Shown: positions 48,004 through 61,732 of the stretch, piece after piece
Numbering within the stretch: the stretch's first letter is position 1
How the letters are laid out: every line of letters begins with the position of its first letter
Assembly: GCA_976226885.1 (NCBI GenBank)
Contig: OZ320315.1
Location: 82,026,001-82,090,000, forward strand
Direction: 5' to 3'
Length of the DNA stretch: 64,000 bases
Source of the DNA: Iphione sp. A-MEVVRFRX5
Taxonomy: Eukaryota
Notes under the pieces: model-generated
The model's input: only the letters and a program-made list of their open reading frames with translations
The model's database searches: none
What the model was told of the DNA's origin: nothing
Program-made: the position numbers and the translations under genes

Positions 48004-50583
48004 AAAGAGTGTGTGCAGCTGATCAGCTCAAGTAATCAGGCTGACCGCCTGATGACATTTCGCCAGCACGAAGCCGCCAGAAGGACAGGCCGGGCAACTT
48101 GGCCGGGCGCTGGGGAGGCAGGTCGATAGCGTACAAGACCACCCGCTAATAACATCCAGGCTTCAAGTCGCGCCAGGCGCTAGTCGTGCGTGTTAGACTC
48201 GAACCTCCAGTAGTGGAGGAGAAGGGTACATCGGCCCGCTTCCTGATCAAACGCATGTGTACGTACCTTGAAGTGTTGGATTGGCTGAGGGAGCTGTTCG
48301 TTGCAAAGGCCGTACGTCTACGTTACGCTCTATTATCCATATCCAGGTATACATGTGTATACGAATTGTAGAGCACTTTGTAAACTCTATACTTATTACT
48401 GCAAACCCAGTTCCTGTTTATTCCGGATAATGTCCTCTTCATCTATTCATCACGAATTTACAGAAGGCATCGAGGTAAAAAGTAATGTACAGTCAAAATA
48501 TAGCAATTAAGAGTTGGTCATACATGCCTGACGGAAATTTCCTACAGTCTGTAACACACACTGGAAAGCATGGGGCATAAACCAGAATAGGTAATCAATC
48601 CATTACTTGTTGATGGGACGACCAGGGGCTCACTGACGTAATAGAGGTCATTGGATGCTTTATGCTTCGGTCAAAAGCTGATGTAAGATACAGCGTCTCA
48701 AGGCAATCGATTGTTCAATAATTCTACCATGCTGTAAATACAGAAACTTTTATCTTCTTCAAAATCACGAACTCCCAGATTCATTGCAGGAACGGAGAAG
48801 ATCCTCTATGTTTAAAACGTTTCCACCGTGATTATTGAGCCTCAAAACAAAATGTCATTAATTTTTCCTGCAATTGCTCTATATTAAAGGGCGATACTGG
48901 AACAAGGTAATCAATAAGCTTTTATGTCCCCCGTGGTTTTCGCGTATGAATGCTTGTGGTGAAATCAGTAAACGATTGACATTTACTAACATTCTAGACG
49001 TCAGACGTTTTATATGTCAGATTTCCAATGTTACCCATTTGTTGTAATGCCCGGACGATGAAGCGTATCCTCATCTCCCTTACGTGGACCTTAACAGTGT
49101 CTAGAGCTTTCAATTTTGCCGCATAGTCCCCGAGGGAAGAAAACTATTTGTGCGATTACGTGTCTGTTGTATTCCCGATTTCTAGCACGATTGTCGGAAC
49201 TAATCACTGATCCAACTTCGGTTCCCCAGTTATGAATTACTAGGACGACTTGTATGCTTCCAGAAGATAATTTGAATGGTTTGTACATGATGAAGTGTTC
49301 CCTGGAGCTTGATGTGACAGTCCTGTCAAAGTTAGACAAACAGAGCTACAAGTACGCTTAGCATGCATAAACATACGAATGTTTTGACAGATTTTTACTG
49401 CAACTTGATCACAAATTTTGTAAATGGATGTTACAGATTTAATAACATGATTTTTTGTTTCAAAACTCCAAGCAACCATCTGTCAGCATAAATCCTTTTA
49501 CCTATCTCTGAATTCAATTTTGTTTGCATTGTACGTTTTCCGAACATAAAAAGTATTCTGGGAAAAAAGACTACATGTACAATAAGGTAATTTATTGTAC
49601 CTCTGTGGGGCATAAATCATCGAAGGCTGTGATGAACGTCTCTCTTTTATCTATAGTCCCCCATCCCTCCGCTTCACAATAATCGCACACACTCTGTAGT
49701 AACGCTCCCCATAGTTATCGTGATATTCTAGCCTAACCCCTAGGTACCTATACTCGCCCATTCAGCTTGTGCCTCTGCAATTAGATACTCTTGTAGATAG
49801 CTGCGGTCCGTTGGGGGAATGGTGAAGGTGCTACGATTCTCTTCGTCTCGGTGCATTGACATACCGTCTGGCTTTCGACGACATAAAGAAAAGGCAGTTG
49901 GGGGCGTGAGAGACAAATGGTATTATTCTTGACAAACGCCCGCGGGCGAAAAGCTAGCCGCATGAATAAAACATCTGAAGACGCGATAACGTCTTGGCAC
50001 ATGGCTGCCCGATCTGTCGCATCGTCCTATTCTTCGCCCAGCACATAAAGCACATGAATAATAAGAGTGTGTTCGTCAGGAATACGACTCTGATCAGCTG
50101 ACAGTGGGACTGTGAAGGCGATGGGGGATACAAACTATTGGGACTGATTATCTCTGACACGTCCGTCGGGCAGTTGGCTCTGATGAGATTCAATTTAAAC
50201 CGGAGGGGTAACATTATTCCGACTGTCAGACAGTCGATATAGTGCCATTGTGCATGCTACTGAGCGTTTCTGTGCTTTAATGACGTGCATCCCATACACC
50301 AGGGTGGTGGCGCCAGTCACTTTGTGACGCCTCCACCCGACCCTACTACCCCCCCCCCCCAGCCGCCGCACTATGCCTTCCGACTCCATTGGCGTCGGAC
50401 GCCACTCGCCGCTGCCTTATGAGGCGCTCACTTCTTTAATGTCAGTTGAGTGGAGCGTGCGGGAGCTGCTCGCAGGATATCGACGAGAATAGAGACTAGA
50501 TTCAAAGAATGTAGCTAGCCCTTGGCTATAGAACGGCCTCCTTCATCTGCTCCCAATTTCCTAACCCCTCAATCTCGCCCACA

Positions 50584-50621
50584 CCAATCGCCTAGTATTC
50601 CTCCATCCCAGGCCTATAAAA
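50584..50621 (+). promoter_or_regulatory. Candidate CCAAT + TATA core promoter
   Basis: CCAAT 50584-50588 and TATAAAA 50615-50621 at the end of a GC-rich patch; donor-like GTAAGC at 50650. Confidence 0.25.
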
Positions 50622-53593
50622 CACACTATGTGCGTCCCCTCTGCTCCATGTAAGCTACTCTGACACCGCCACCGAGGCGCAGACTGATTTAGTTGGTTTA
50701 TGTAACTGATTGTTTGTTCTGCCTATTATCTCTGTTTAAAAAAAAATCAGGGGATTTTTCTCATCTGCACGCTCACCCACCTTGGCTGTGCTCCTAGGAG
50801 CACTTCATGGAATGCTTCCCTATAATATAACAGATAATTGCCTTCCAGTAATATGGAAAGACTTTATCATCCAAGTGTATCTGATAAAACATTGATAGAT
50901 GAAGCCTACTATTCTCATTAAATGCATAGTCTATCTCGCTCCCTAGGCAGAATCCGTTGCTCATAAGCTCCAGCGACATTTTTTCCTCCTCTCCTTACCT
51001 GCTGCCCACTTCTGTGATTCAAATCTCTCTCCTTCTGACAGTGGTTACGGTAAAAACACGGCCACCCTATTAAGCAAAATTATGGTCTGTAGCCAATTAA
51101 TGAGTAACATTATCATGGCTTGCCTCTCGCTGCAACTAGCCACGCCTCGGCCACATCTGCATGGATAAAAATTATTGAATGACCACCGGAATAGTAGTAT
51201 ACACTGTGCCTCGTCATGCGACCGGTGGAGTCCGAGTGTAGTTGTTGGGCAAGTACGAATCTAATGCAAGGTTACATTGTACTTGGGATAAGTGCGGTTT
51301 CATGTCGACATGTATTTGTCACCGTGTCCTCTAGCCATTCGACAGACGGCGCTTGTATCGAGTCTGTCCTCCACCGTTGGACTGTATGCTTCTGTCAATC
51401 CTAAATGACTGTTAACAACAGTTCCACTGCCGACAAACAGCTTCGTATTTTCCTACCGCAAAAGCTAATCGATGGTCTGAGATAGTGGCCCAAAGAGATC
51501 TCATTGTAGCCGAGCTTTGCGACAGAAAAGTAATCGCAGTGCGCAGCATTCGGCGACAGAATCGCATAATTTTACTTGCTGCATTGTCCTCCTTGCCCAG
51601 AGAAAGTCCGAAGGCCAGTGCACGTAAATGGAATATTTCGAGTACAGCATTATGGAGCGGTTCAATTGAAGATGCATTAGGGATGTGTTAAAACTATTTC
51701 ACTTTTTTTTCAAAGTTCCCCTTTTAATGGCCAGAATGATGATGATCGATGCTCATAGATGTTGTGGACCGGTGGAGTGTAGATTGATTTTTTTCTACAT
51801 ATGCTTGACAATTATGTTTGTTTGGGGATCCCGTCTTTGAGCTTGACCTCGTTTCATTTGTGCTTGTCATGTATTTCCCGCAGTAACGGTGGCTTTGGTC
51901 TTGACAAGAACAAGTAGATCACGGTAGAGTGATCTCGCACGCTTAGGTTCTCACAGCTGTAGCTCGGTTGTATTCAATGATGCAGAACTATTCTTGGATT
52001 GGGCCATTCTTGTTAATGAATGGTGCATGTCGACTGGATTGTTGAAGGTATCCCAATAGTTTCAACATACGTGAAGTATGTATACATTGCCAAATAACGC
52101 ATATAATATCCTAACCTATATATATTATATGTAGTCAAGGCATGAAGCATTTGACTTTTTGAGGAAAAAAATGTGATCTCCATAGTGCTCATGTATTATG
52201 ACATTATAGCCCATTTCCCCCAGACAACAATGAGATAATAGTTGCAACTTGTTAATGTTATCCCATGATAATTCTTCTGTCACTTGCATTACATCACTTC
52301 TAGTAATATTATTGAAACTATGAAAATAATGTACAACATACGTTAATCGTACCCAAGCTTATTTTTATACTCTTATTTGTTAGACGACTGATACATGTAA
52401 AGACAATGTTCAACCCTGCTTTATATGCAGGTAATACGACTATGAATTATGAATAAAGTGCAATTTTACACTCTACCACTAGAAATCGTGTTTCAATGCT
52501 TAGTCTGTACGTTTTGATAGGACCCGTGATATTGCCTTTGTGAAATATGGATAGCAAATGTCTACTCATCATATTCGTCGACTGAATGTTTGTTAACCTG
52601 TTATACCCTGTGAAAATACAGATGTAGAGTTGCAGTTGCTGATTTTGTCCGGATGCTTCATTGCTATGTTTGCGTATTAAGGTCGCGTACTAAGACTGTA
52701 CTTAGTTCTTTGAAACAGTGCGGGCTGTAAGTTCAGCTTGTAAATTGACGGAAAACGCCGACATGTATTTACCATGTTGAAATGTTCCTATTGTAAAAAA
52801 TAATCTACACATAACACGGAAAGGATAATTGAGTTCCATTTCACCCAAATCGTTTGATTTATTGCATTGTATTTCAACACGGCTCTCAAAGTGTTGCGGT
52901 AATCGTCCTAAATGTAATGGGATGTGAAGACCAAAAACCATAATTGCACTTTCCCAGGAGATAAAATGCAATCCTTTGTGCAGCTTCCATCGTATGAAAT
53001 ATCAATTCCGCAGTCATTGTATTCCTATGGTCAAAGTTCACAATAACGTGAATGGATGAATAAAGCCAAGTTTTCTAGAGGAGCTTTGGGCCTTTGATCA
53101 TGCAGCGAAGGCAGGCGAAGGTCCCCTTTGCCCTGCATTTGTGATCACACCACTTAGCCACTAGATAGCATTCAACGAGGCAAACATTCCCTAGAACGAT
53201 GGCGATAGGTATTGATCTCCTGAAATGGACTGCTTACTGCCATCTTTTTAAGGAACCAAAATAGCCAGCGGAATTGTTTTCCTTGCCAAGGTGCATGCAG
53301 AAAAGGAAGCATTAATTCCAGGCCATTGTGGCCCTTCGATATAGAGGCAGCACTTCATGTCTTGAACCAATGTATTAGGCTCCGTTAAACCCTTAGCATC
53401 GTGCTGCAATGTTTTCGCCATCGGACTGGATATAGCATGCTCCAGCACTATTAGCCCTCTTCCGCACAACGAATAAGGATGTGTGTCTTTCAGACGCAAG
53501 TATGCCACTCTTCCCAAGTATTAAATAAGAACCTGACAGCCCTGACTCGGGATAAGAAGCACAGCAAGGGATGTTTTTTTATTCTATTCGCAG

Positions 53594-53768
53594 GGTCCCC
53601 ATTCTTTCGAATTTGTCATCAATCCATTCATCACTTGCGGATTCTTTGCTAGAGGTAGATAAGATAGAATTGAGTAGGAGAAGCCAGCGCCTGTCTTTTA
53701 TGCGGAACCTGCGCCTACTCTCAGGTCGGATGAAAACGAAGGACCCAGTGAAGTGGTCGAGTATCTAA
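53594..53768 (+). other. Candidate exon after a strong 3' splice site
   Basis: TTTTTTTATTCTATTCGCAG| followed by a frame open to TAA (VPILSNLSS...KDPVKWSSI*). Confidence 0.2.
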
Positions 53769-56700
53769 AGACAACATAGTTCTTGGAGGACTACGCCAAA
53801 GCCATTCACAGGGGATCCAATATGACCTCCTCTTGGCTTTTCTCCAGAAGTTGAGGGGCAGAAGGGAAAAAAATAGCAGGGGCGGTCCGTAAAGGTGGCG
53901 ATAGGCCCTTGTAAATGGCCCTGCGCTCCGGGTCGCGGAGGTTACAGGGTGGTGGCATGGACGGGGTGTTGTTAGAAACGTCGCTCAGACATGGGTAGGG
54001 CGCGGTGTGTATAATCAGAGACCATGGCAGGGGCGGACCACCGGGAACGATCGCAATAAGCGCCCTGACTCGGGATATTAGCACGAGAATGCCTGTGTCA
54101 ACGTGCCATTAGGAGCCGGGCTGGATCCCATCCATTGAAGGGCGCACCGCCAATACCTGCCACCGTCCCCGGGCCATATTGGTCGCGCCTTCTTTACGAC
54201 GCACCATGGAGTCGTTCTGCACGTCGCCAGCTGCCCTCCGAATACTGCCTCTGAGTAGCGGCGACCATTTACTAAGGTTGTTATATCAACCGTAGCCCGC
54301 CCACAGCGAACCCAGTGCATTCAACGAGAACAAACCAACTTTTGTCCTTCCTGCAATTACTACCCTTCTCGCCCATTGACAGAGCAAGGCAACCTCAAAC
54401 GCGCGCGTTACTTGAAAGCCACAAAAAAAACCACATTTTATGTTCAAGCCTTCATGTTCTGAGTAAAATTGAACACGTGAGTGGTATTACTCCTCTAAAA
54501 AGGCAGAGTGTTACCAGAAGAAGATGATGTTTCCATTATATGTATATCATATATTATAGTGTTACCCGAAGAAAATGATTTCACCATCATATGTAAATTA
54601 TAAAACTTATCACGAAATTAGAATGACTGTAAATATATGGACCATTTCGAAACGTCAGTCGTCGTCTACAATGAAAGCTTAATCAGGTATATAATTAAAT
54701 TCAACGATATGGACGGACCACTATGTGAAAATTAACAGAATTAAGGACAATCCAGTGAAGAACAAATACTTTATAATCGAATTAATTTCAATATCATAAT
54801 GCAGACATAACTGACAGTAATCGACATAACTCCCTATTGTAGCATTCGCCTGCATTGTAAATTATAACTTGGTATCATTGGAAGGTAGTCAAGCCCTACA
54901 ATTACTATTATAGTACATAATATGTATACAAAATTCTTGTCAGACATAATTAACATCATATAACACCGGAAGTGGTACAGAAGTACCAACAAAAATATAA
55001 CTATTACAATTTGCAAGCACATATCTATAATCACAAAGATTATTCTTTCCAATTTGAATTTGTGAATAGAGGAAATACGGATTAATATGTAATTGCACAG
55101 GTACTTTCTAGTTTATGGAAACCATTCAAAGTTCATTTGAAACTATTTTTATGAAAAGGGTCTTAGAGTACACTTTCACTTCAACCCCCCCTTCATTTGT
55201 GTGATTCTTATTTATTCCTGTTGGTACGACCATCACAAATATGCGTCCTGTCGAATCAACAGAAAAATTAGCTAAGAACCCGTATTCGCTTTCTTCCCAT
55301 CAATGAAAATGTGTGCAACCGTTAAGATGTCATAAAATTGGCTGGCGACGCCTCCTACCCCTCCGTTGCCGCCTTAAAACGCAAGGCCCGAAAGAAGATC
55401 CCTCTTTTCTTGCACTTTTAATTTCCCTTCATGCCATCGAGCGGCCGGCTTATGGCGTCGTACCTTCATGTCCAAGAAATATGAATCTTCCCTCCTCTAG
55501 AACCGCTGGCTTGAAAAGAACTTCGCTCCGTGCGAGTGGACTGGGGAAACGCTTGTTGCCGAAGTTCCATTGGCATCCATTTAATGGAACGAGGTAAGTA
55601 GCCGCACTTCCCGTTCCGGCCAAATCCCTTTTAGTCTACCTCAACAAAGGATTTGCCTGTCATTAATCCAGCGTATCTTGCGTTGGCATTTAATCGAGAC
55701 AATGACGTGGGCACCGAGAGATGGAGAGAGGGTGTACTGAAAGAAGCAGTTCACTGTACCAAGCGTTATACCAATACGAGGTCTGTTCTGCTGTTGAAAC
55801 CCAATTTGTACGAACGCATATTTTGCCTCAGATTTTCGGTCCATTTAGCACAACTGACATGGAACCGTAGCATCCGCTTTATATTTGTACTAGAGCCAGG
55901 GTTTAGGGCCTAGAACATGTTTGATACGTTAAGTAGATATGGCTCATATAAAGTATGTAAATACATGCGTATTGCCATCTCCCCTTTTCGAAGCAATACA
56001 CCGGAGGAATACGAGGATAAGAACAGGGAATAATAATTTGAGTGATCAGCCATATAAAAACAGTATCAAATCAAATTACCTGGCATTTCTCAGACGGGAT
56101 TGATTTTCAGCAAGAAAAGTTTGGAAGATAAGTATGTAACGTTACTATCTGAACTAAACGCCGGGAGAACTTTTAGGTGACAGGGTGCAAAATGATATCG
56201 CAAGAAAAAAGTTATGTTTTCACCATGATGTCCCACTGTTGAAACAGTCACTCACTCGTCGCCAATCAGAGGAATCTGAAGAAATTTCCTCCTGCTTTTG
56301 CCATTCTTTCCAGCACTGACTAATCGAAGCCGTGCCAGCCCTTTGTCTTCCGGGAAACCTGTCACTTCTTTGTTACCTAATTATTCAAGGCTGCCACAGT
56401 GATGTTTTTTTAAATGCTCAAACCGCATCGGCCACAAATCGATACACATTTTACAGTCATCTTTGTCTGTGCAATTTGACCAATTTGGTCCTGTATTTAT
56501 TTGCATTGCCTGCTTTAATTCTCCGCAACTGTGATCGATTTCATATTTGGGATTTGATAAATAAGTTTTATTACAATGCAAAATGCACATTCTGACATAA
56601 CCCAACACAATCAGGAACAAATCTGAACCTACAACTGAAATATTCCATGAAGGCAAAATTACACAAACCATGAGAGCACAATTCATGTTACTGTTCCTTT

Positions 56701-59085
56701 CTGAGCTGGATGTATAAATTTCTCAACCGATATTATTGATTATTTAGGTAAGACATTTATAGCTCCTAGTCTAATGTCTTTCGTTGTCCTTTGGAGCTGT
56801 AAGTGTAATCCAACTTCTCAAAGACTTAAAGTGTTTTGAATGTATTTTTTCCTCTTTAACTGTAAATGCTAGCCTCTTTCTATCCCGATGTCTCTTCACA
56901 TGGTCGGCCTGATACATTGCCTAGACTAAACAGCCGTTATGACCTCTGACCCGAACCGATAGCTTAAGTGACCGTAGAGAACCGTCTTGTCGTGGTTGAA
57001 CGTCAGCTGGTCACGTGCTCATTGAATCGTTAATATGTTGCCAGGATCGGCATCAGACGCTTGAGTCCCGTGCTGTTCCTTTCGCCTTTGCTATGGCGAG
57101 TGCTTTTTTGAACAGTCCTTGTGACTCATGGATATGGCTTTATGATTAATAATGAGACTGTAACACCTATACGGCTCACATTTCACAATGACCCATCAAT
57201 TCAACAGGTTTGGAACACATCAGATGTAATTCAAAGCATAACATTAGCTGGCAGTCTCGGGACCTCCTCAAGGTCAAAGGGATGCCTACCCCTCAACGCA
57301 GCTCTTGGAAAGCAAACGACCATGCAAGCACTATTCGAAAAATGGTCGTGTACGTTTTGTTCTGTTCTATGTTGATGCCGTCATTTCTTGGATTCGCGGA
57401 ACATGAACAGAGCAACTGGGCAACGACGACGCCATGTTGGAGGTAATGGGAAGAGCAAATGGATGTTTTTTTTTCATAAAATGTTTGAGAGCGCCCCTGA
57501 AGTCTCCCAGGCGCCGGGTCGGTGGCTGCGGCATTTCCATATTCGTTTATTTTCATCGGGAAGCCTGCTATTATAACAGAAGTGTCACATCATTCACCTG
57601 ACTGCCACGGAAATATGATGTCATTTCGCCTCGATGTATATCGAAGGCTGACGTGCCGTATTTATACCGCTTCACCGCAAGCTCGGCTGTAAAACAGTCT
57701 CGGTAGGTGCACAGACTCTCATCAAGACCATTTACACGCAGCTTTACAGACACGTATACAGGTCCTTTGCAAAATTATTAAGATTATAAAAAACGAAGGA
57801 CACTCACAGGTAAACAGATTCGCAAGTTCAAAAATATTCCAGGAAACCGCAAAACGATGTGCATTCTCTCCTCAATATCAAGGCACTGAGCCTTCCTCAC
57901 AAAAAAACACTGAAAGGTCATATTAAAGCCAGACTTAATTGCAAGTGGAAGTGTGAGTTGAGATGTTTTGCTTCGTCACCCTGATTTCAGCTCGCCCTAT
58001 ACCACTCTAACAATGCAGCTTCTGCAACCTCGTATTGTAAAAACTTCCGTCGAAGCAGTTATGTCGGAGTGGCCAGCGTGGACATCTTCTACCTGCCAGA
58101 GGATCATTGTAAAAAAAATGTCTAGTTCTGGCATTGCTTGTCGCCCTTTCATTTGTTCCAGTCACAGTAGAAGAGATTGTAGTGTTTGCAAGAAATCACC
58201 CAGCTGAAATAATTTTTACTGTCTCATGAGCGCCACTCGTTGAAGTTTATTAATCTGCAAAGTACTTTTGGGTATGAGACGGTGTTTTTTTCTCGCCGTG
58301 ACTGATTGCAGAACATTCTAAGAATTTCCAATGTGCGGACGATAAAGTGTTCATTTTCCCCCCGAAAAATACCGCTACAGCGACGTGCTCTTTCTGTCAT
58401 TAAGTGATCGTATTTTCTTGCGTATAAACCACAAACGAGGTAGGCTTGACATCCGGACTGTTGACCAGATACCGTTCTGGACGCATGCAGCAAGAATAAA
58501 GGGACCGTGATCCAAAAAGAGCCGGTATAATTTGTTGAGAAAGGTGGCCGATAAATATAGTCTGGCAGGGCCCCGGGAGCAGCCTGCTGCACGATAAACA
58601 CAAGAGTCGAGGTCAGACAACACGACCTGTTTGTTTTGATGCTTCGCCCTCACTGTTTTGTGTTCGCCCTTCCTACTTTGCCCTCGATTTTACACTGACA
58701 CACTCGTTCTCTTGCTGTCGCTCCACCCTCGTTGATTTTGTCTCTTTCTGTTTATTTCGAAAGGCCCCTCTATACCACAGGCGTCAAATTGTAAATATTT
58801 GTAGGGCAATCCACGGATTTCCTCTGTCTGATCCAATTCATCCTTGAGTTAATCTAAGAGGACACATAATTTAGTCTCTTATACGTATGTGATATGACGA
58901 AACAGCTATTTGGTTGTGACGGTTCCGCCCGTACCTATAATTTGCTTCAAATCGAAATTGAAAATTCGCGCTACTGTGCAATCTTTGCGATTCTTTCCCT
59001 CCCTCCTCCTCACTCCCTCCTTCCCTCCCTCTCCCTTTCATTCCCTGCCTTCCTTCCCTTCTCTCTATTTCTCTCTATCGTTTAC

Positions 59086-59088
<3 letters not shown>

Positions 59089-59134
<46 letters not shown>
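59089..59134. repeat. (CT)n microsatellite within a long pyrimidine-rich tract (~58990-59200)
   Basis: Directly visible. Confidence 0.92.
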
Positions 59135-59139
<5 letters not shown>

Positions 59140-61232
59140 CCACTGTTCCTTGGTCTGTCCTAATTTCTTGCCTCTGCCCTCCCCTAATCATCTACCCAGC
59201 CGTCTCAATGTTGTCCTTTTGCCCCTGCACGGATAACTCGCAGGAGCAGCTCAACGTGCCTATCACAGCGTGTACATGGACCGAGGCGTCCTTTTCCCCG
59301 CGGTAGGCGGGACGATCGATCCAGCAAACAACAGATCTTGATGTTGGCCACTCCTCCCTAGGAATATGGATCGGTGCGTCCATGCAGTTTGATATGTTTG
59401 CCATCTTTTAGCGTCCCTCTCAGCAAAGCATCCGCCAAGCTGAACTGTTCAACTTGTCCTACCGTAAACGGGGCGACCACCATGTTGGCAATACTGCGCA
59501 AACTGCTACTTGGACGGCCATTCACTTTTTGGGCTAGGGGGACATCTATGTCCTTCGTGCACTCAATCGGGAACGCTCGGGCGAGATGGACATCTTACCC
59601 GAGAATGATATGTACCAAATCCCCCGGTGATCTGGCTTTGATGTTTTTTTTCCCTCCCGCTTGCCCATATTGCACGTGACTCAGCATAGAAATCCGGGTT
59701 TTGTGATGGAAGACAGACAGATCTAAAGGTGCAGTTACGCTAGGTGGCTCCACGGGCTCTATCCCATGGCCAAGGAGTGTATAACGAGCGTCAATGCTTC
59801 CTTGTTGGGAAACCGATAAATGATGAACTCCCGCGGGCGCCATGGCAAAATCGCGGCAATATCGAACACTGTCGCCTGACTTTATTTGCACGCATTGTTC
59901 AATATTTATTCTATTTTGATGTAACTTGTTCTTTTGGCGGCGTCGGTCTGCTTCTGCCGAAAGAAATTCCCTTTTACCTTTTACCTTAATGAAAGCAGAA
60001 AGCGTGTTGATTTTAGGATTCTTGACAATTCCAAAATTACTTTCTCCAGTTCGAAATATTTTTATAAGCGTACACATTATCTCAGTGGCATGGTGGTTTC
60101 ATTTTCTTAAACTTCAGATTTTGTGCTTATTATCTGATATAGTCCACTAGTGTTCCAGAGAGAGTATTGTTATGTGGCCAATCCTATACATGAAAGTAAA
60201 TTTAATTCGTTCTCATTAAATTAGCATTTCATATCCATTCCGTTGTCACAATAACTCATCTGAGTATAAGACAAATATCATCATGCGGAGAATCCTAATT
60301 TTCTCTCTATTTGTAGCAATTTTTAAGGACCAGACTGCGATTTCTCTGTACATTTATGGTGAATATATATCGGGATGTTTCATTAGCCGAATAGTAAGCA
60401 TGACTGTGTATGTGTTTTGTACTACGAAAACCTTCGATCAAGTCATGCAAAATAAACATTCTTCATTGTTTCAATGAGTAATACATACTATGAGACACGA
60501 TTTCACACTTCTTTGACTCTTTCTTCTCGAATTTCATTATACACTACACTACATTGCGGTGGCCTCAAATTTCATTTTCTGAATACCACGGGAGGTCCAA
60601 GGTTGCTGTCAGAGCTTACACAGACCATACCTTCCAGGCCAAGGATGGGCAAAGCTAAGCAAAAACGACCAATCAATCATGATGCATTCGATGTGGGAGG
60701 AGGGGGGGCATCGTGGAGGCAAGCTTTTGATATGCTCCAGGCCCCGGCCTCTAAATAGTGCGTGTCTCTATAGGCAGAGTCAAACTGTTCCATTGTGGAC
60801 ACTATCAAATGCAGTTGAAGATTAAATCAAACAGTAGCGACTGGGGTTTCCTGGATGCTACCGCAGGGTGAGGCGCTGCTGCCGTTCTCTTCTCCTTGCC
60901 CCACGTCAACCTCCAACCCCGTCGCCAGGGCTCATGCCATCAAAGTATCTGCGCCGCCGGCTCCGGCCGCTCCCAACACGTTGACCTGCTAGCACCGTTT
61001 TTAAGAGAACAACAGAGAACAGAATTAAGGTCCCGCACTCTTGAATGCTGGATGTCTCATTCTGCTTCTGTGTGTGTCCCGGTGACTCTCTGACACCACT
61101 CTTCTGTCGAGTCCTCCATGCACTTGTCACTTTCCTTTACGTATTCATACTGATTTACTCTCCTATGTCCCCATTTCCGCCTCTCTCTGTTCGTCCGTCT
61201 AGCTGGCTGTCTGGATGTCTTCTCTCTGTGTT

Positions 61233-61234
61233 TC

Positions 61235-61281
<47 letters not shown>
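61233..61281. repeat. (CT)n microsatellite
   Basis: Directly visible, one CC interruption. Confidence 0.92.
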
Positions 61282-61285
<4 letters not shown>

Positions 61286-61713
61286 AGTCCTGCCGCTCTA
61301 TATATCGATATCTATTTCTATTCCGTGAATAAACACATTATATACCTACATCTATGCAAGAAACTTTAATTTCATCAACCAAAGACGTCAAGATCTTTTC
61401 ATGAGATTGCTGCCAATAGCCCCAATACTATCATTATGTACTTTTACTGTATGTAGTAGACGCAGAATCAGTAGCCTTGTTTATACAGTATAATTGTATG
61501 AGCAGCCACAGGCTGTGAGTACAATTACATTGTATAAACGAGACCAAGAAGACTTCAAGCGACACTTCCCTCTTCCTCTCGTATACGTGAGGGATCACTT
61601 TTTAATACAAGATGCCAATGGAGTGGAGTCGAGATCGCTAACGTTCGATCAAAAGCAGTATGACACCACCATCCACTTTGTAGTAACGTCTACCACTGAA
61701 CCCTTGTCTCTGT

Positions 61714-61732
61714 CACACACACACACACACAC
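61714..61732. repeat. (CA)n microsatellite
   Basis: Directly visible. Confidence 0.85.

Noticed and set aside
55720-55760. WREGVLKEAVH resembling a Penelope GIY-YIG end
   Set aside because: Weak isolated match.
56960-57112. Short hairpin followed by T6, a possible Pol III RNA
   Set aside because: No recognisable ncRNA sequence or proper internal boxes.
59358-60077. 240-codon minus frame with one TAA
   Set aside because: No recognisable domain; length is within chance expectation.
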